A stretch of 64,000 nt of DNA from the NCBI GenBank assembly GCA_004431415.1, contig QPMI01000084.1, positions 100,951 to 164,950 on the forward strand. The letters are read 5' to 3'. The translations under genes were made by a program, and so were the position numbers. The first letter of the stretch is position 1, and each line of letters opens with the position of its first letter. Shown in pieces: positions 60,407-64,000 of the stretch. Source of the stretch: Cyanophora paradoxa CCMP329. Its lineage: Eukaryota > Plantae > Glaucophyta. A model generated the notes under the pieces. That model was not told the DNA's origin. It searched no databases and was given only the letters and a program-made list of their open reading frames with translations.

Positions 60407-61669
60407 TTACAGCCACCCGCTCAACGCATTCGTTAAATTGCCGCAATGCGGGTAGTCCTCATATAGCATTTTCGCGAATCCCTTATTAACAATGCGCTGT
60501 AAATCGTCGTCGGGCTCATCCACTCCCATAGTAATTTCCAAAATGAATGTGTGCTCACAGCTTCCGAGGAAATACCTATAACGCTCTCCGTGAGAATTTG
60601 AACGGTTAAACTATCAAAGGAGAGGCGGGTGTTAAAGTATTTCGTGAAAGCATCCGCCCCATAATTAATTAGCTCAGCATCCGCATAGGCTGTGCCTTTC
60701 GAAATCGGGATCTTAGCGAGGAATCCATTAGTAGCCTCGGTGCATGTCGTAAAAAGCGAGCAGTCCGGCTCTGTGATCTTTACAACTATTGCATTATCCG
60801 GTGTATAATCAGGGGCAGTGCCTCCGGCTATGCCTAAGACCAGAGCCGTCGAATTATAATTGCGGAATGCATCACCAGCTGAGTAAACGACACCGCTCCC
60901 AGCGAAGGCTGTGTAGCCCGATCCGTTGTATTGATCTATCACTATATTCTCTCTGATCGATGTAAACCCGAGAAGAGTCATCGTGCGATAGGCGAGCACC
61001 TTTCTTTCATTCGCAGTAGACGCAGTGGCATTACTCGGTCCATATTTCGTGAAAGCTATGTAGACATAATCACTCGAATAAAGCATATAGCATTTAATGT
61101 GCTCTCAAAACGACATCTCACCACGGGTAAAAGGTTCCTCCTGTCGATGCGTAGCTTGGATTAATTTTTGTGTCGATCATATCCTTGATGTAGTTGCCAG
61201 TTCCATTTTTCGTTAAGATGTTATCGATTGCAGTGGCAAGGTCGGTTCCAGTCGAGTATGTGCCCGGAGGGATCGTAATTGCTACGTCTCTGTATCGGGT
61301 ATATCTTCTGAAAGTGTTTAGGTAATCAGGCGGTATATAGTTGCCTTGGTCGCCAGCATCTATGGCTTTGTAAGCGTCATATATTGCAGTTGCCTGTGAA
61401 TCTCTGATTTCCTGAGTGGCACCATTCAGCTGACCGGTCGAAAATCGGTAAGGGAAGGATATGAAAATTGTATTAGCATCATCGGCTTTCGTCTCCCCGA
61501 TTTCAGTATAGAATTGAGGGCTTGGAACCGTCGGAATCGTGTTGGAAAATTCGATCTGTCGCACAGCGATGCTCTTCACATTGTGGTATTGCTTTGGAAG
61601 GGTCACCTTATAGGAATGAGCCGAGCCCTCTGATCGATCACGGCTACTGATGCTGAGATACTCGCGCAT
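60407..61669 (-). CDS. Minor capsid (penton)-like protein 1; frameshifted
   Basis: N-terminal ISSRDR..YKVTLPKQYHNVKSIAVRQIEFSNT; C-terminal FLAKIPI..DSLTVQI..HTFILEI. Confidence 0.75.
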
Positions 61670-61696
61670 TTTATTCTTTATTAATAGGAAATAAAA

Positions 61697-62653
61697 ATGA
61701 TTCGGAAGCCAGTAACGATTTCTATAATGGCAAGTTTACGAGGGTCAATGTTAATATCGATTCTATTGAGCGCAGTGCAGGGCACCCGGAGAATATACAG
61801 TAAAGCTTTCTCAGCGACTTCTGAACGTAAAAGGGGTGCGCATTGCGAGCGCCGAGCTCCAAACACGATTTATGCTGTCACCGATATTCCAGAGGCGTGA
61901 CCATACAGGGAATGACGAACAGCATCACCTTTTCCCCTTTCCCTGATATTGGGAACTACACCCCGCGATTTGGGATATGGTAATAAGAACTTAGGCTACT
62001 CGGCAGCTTTGTCGATGTAACCCTCTCACAAGCGAAAGCGTCACAGTCTACTACAAGTGGCTCTATAATCCAGCGACTATGAAATTACGTTTATTCGAGC
62101 ATTCCCCTCGCACTGAGCTGTGCACATGACGACTTTGCAAGGTTCCATGGAATGATCAAAGGGATATGTATCAAACAATTCCAGTTGGTGAGGGTTCAGA
62201 GCATCTCACGGTAGACTATTTACCCCTCACACCCAGCAATCCAAAATACTCATTTCTACAAGCCTATGAGGGCAAACAAAATACCCGCCGGAATATCTGT
62301 GCTTCCATTCCCTCTCGAACATGTAGTGACCTTCCGAATGCGATTAATCTAAATCCGACCCCCTATGTTTACCTACAAATTAAAGAGTTTACGCCCTTTT
62401 ACGACAGGTATATGGTGGCAGCAAAGACAGATGAGGGCGGAAATGCAAACCTCGCTAAGGTTCACTAACCAGCCCTTGGGATCGTTTGTTTACTACTGAC
62501 ATTCCGCAGATCGATACTGTGGAGTTCTTTAATTCCCACGATCAGGCTTATGACATAGACACCCTCACAATTAAATGGCTCGACGCCTACAATAATGTAG
62601 TCGACTTTAATGGCGTTAATCACAGCTTTATATTAGAGGTGCTATCGGGTTAA
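61697..62653 (+). CDS. Minor capsid (penton)-like protein 2; several frameshifts
   Basis: NIDSIER..YTVKLSQRLLNVKGVRIASAEL; LNPTPYVYLQIKEF; LAKV; DTLTIKWLDAYNNVVDFNGVNHSFILEV. Confidence 0.78.
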
Positions 62654-62671
62654 AATAATCTTATATTACAA

Positions 62672-64000
62672 ATGAGTATCACGAATCTCCCTTTATCACT
62701 CGGGAACCTTGTATTTGGATGACGGTTTCGAGCTCAGCAGTAACATTACCGCTTCCAATGTGACATATTCGAACTTGTGGTAAAGACTTTCTATTAAATC
62801 AGAGCAACCTTGAATATTTGATATCACCAGCAATCTCCCATTACCTATGGCACTGATAACTCAGCCCTCGTAATATATCATGGGGCTCACCTGTTGCATT
62901 CTTTGGCAGAATTTCCCCACTGTGCGAACCTTCCAGCACGAAATCATAAAGCCCGCCCATCCACTGACAGCTGTCGTCGAATGGGATCCTGTTAAGTATT
63001 CGCAGAGCATCACAGCAATATCACCCTCACTCGACCGCATTTAATTGATGTCATGGGGGTCGACCTTGTAAAGGAGTTTTATAGGAGCGATTTACCAGAA
63101 ATGAGCGAGATGTAGCCCAGGATCCGAAATTCTGGTTTATCAATTGCTACCGACAAACACGCAGGGCTCGCCGTTCTAACAGGAGCTATCACCATCACTG
63201 ATGCGATCATGTATTATCCCGCGATTTGGTGCCTTTGCTCGATCATCAGTTTAATCTCGGGCAATCTAACACTGATGCTGTTAAGAAATGGCTCAATGTG
63301 TATGCCTATGATGGGTGGTTTGATGACTTGCACACGACAATTTTTATAGCACGACCTCAAAAACAAGTAACATATCTTGCCTTTCAATCACTCAGTCCGA
63401 CCAGTGATTTACCCACTGATGAGAGAGCTCTGATCAGCTATAACGACTTTAACAGCAATCTTTCCCGCTCAGTTTCGCGAACTGAGACCTACACTGTCGA
63501 GGGATACCCTCAGCAGCTCGCAAATGGGTCTATGTCGCTTACGTAGGCAAACCTACATATACATTCACTTGGGATCAGTTGGGTGTCACAGGTTTCGAGA
63601 GAATATACCCACTGTTTCATTGGTGGATCACACAACTTATTATAATCCTATCACTAACAATAATGAATCTAATAAAGCATTTATCCAAAATGTCACCTCC
63701 ACAGGGTTTCAGGTTTCGTTTGTCATTAACGAGACATACAATTTACTTATCATCCGAAACAACTCATTGAGTTCCGAAGCTACTATTAGTTTCACTCTTA
63801 ACATCAATTATATCACCCCTGAATTCGATAGCAAACCCAGAGTGAAGGTTTACCGAGATTTACAAGGTAGCAATATCGTTCCCTTCTCACAGAATTTCGA
63901 TCTTGGGGCGAATTCTTTGAGGTGGAACACAGTTTATACTTTGAATGCAAACACCTGTAATATTGTGGTCGCAGGGTCATCGGCTACTATTGGAGATCTG
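62672..64000 (+). pseudogene. Heavily frameshifted hypothetical gene, possibly structural; runs off the window
   Basis: ATG just after the penton 2 stop; successive short plus-strand ORF fragments (63226-63546, 63579-63770). Confidence 0.4.

Larger units (their letters stand above)
43197..64000. mobile_element. Endogenous Polinton-like virus, element B (continues beyond the window)
   Basis: Integrase, pPolB, primase-helicase, packaging ATPase, major capsid and pentons in one compact intronless block. Confidence 0.9.

Noticed and set aside
37480-64000. Bacterial prophage, contaminant, or bona fide virophage
   Set aside because: Gene set (rve integrase, Polinton pPolB, A32 ATPase, jelly-roll capsids) is PLV-like; no cysteine protease is visible and the MCP is not recognisably virophage-type; classification needs a profile search
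1-64000. tRNA or rRNA genes
   Set aside because: None recognised by eye; a covariance-model scan was not possible

Overview
Eukaryotic nuclear DNA from a GC-rich alga or protist with short introns and many GC-AG donors; the host cannot be named from sequence alone. Bases 1-5 kb hold an intron-containing Helitron2/Helentron-type RepHel gene on the minus strand, with the helicase running off the left edge. It is followed by about 9 kb of stacked tandem arrays that end at a hairpin near 14.1 kb. Bases 16-37 kb hold three host genes: a secreted, intron-rich multicopper oxidase of the Bacillus MnxG (Mn-oxidase) type, an ATRX/RAD54L2-like SNF2 ATPase, and a divergently transcribed F-box/LRR gene. 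From about 37.5 kb to the end the DNA is AT-richer and intronless and consists of two related endogenous Polinton-like viruses. Element A carries a terminal repeat module, a SAM decarboxylase, DUF5710, an rve integrase, a RING protein and an SF1 helicase-HNH. It is cut at about 43.2 kb by element B, which opens with a perfect 28-bp hairpin. Element B carries a Dam-like methyltransferase, a second integrase, a proofreading-degenerate pPolB, a RING protein, an AEP primase-SF3 helicase with an adjacent origin-like element, a packaging ATPase, HNH-AP2, a major capsid protein and two head-to-head pentons. The two elements share a non-coding terminal module with reciprocally filled cargo slots, both holding SAM-dependent enzymes. 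Many viral genes have single-base homopolymer deletions that are probably sequencing errors. All family calls come from motif recognition by eye, not database searches, and exon boundaries are approximate.
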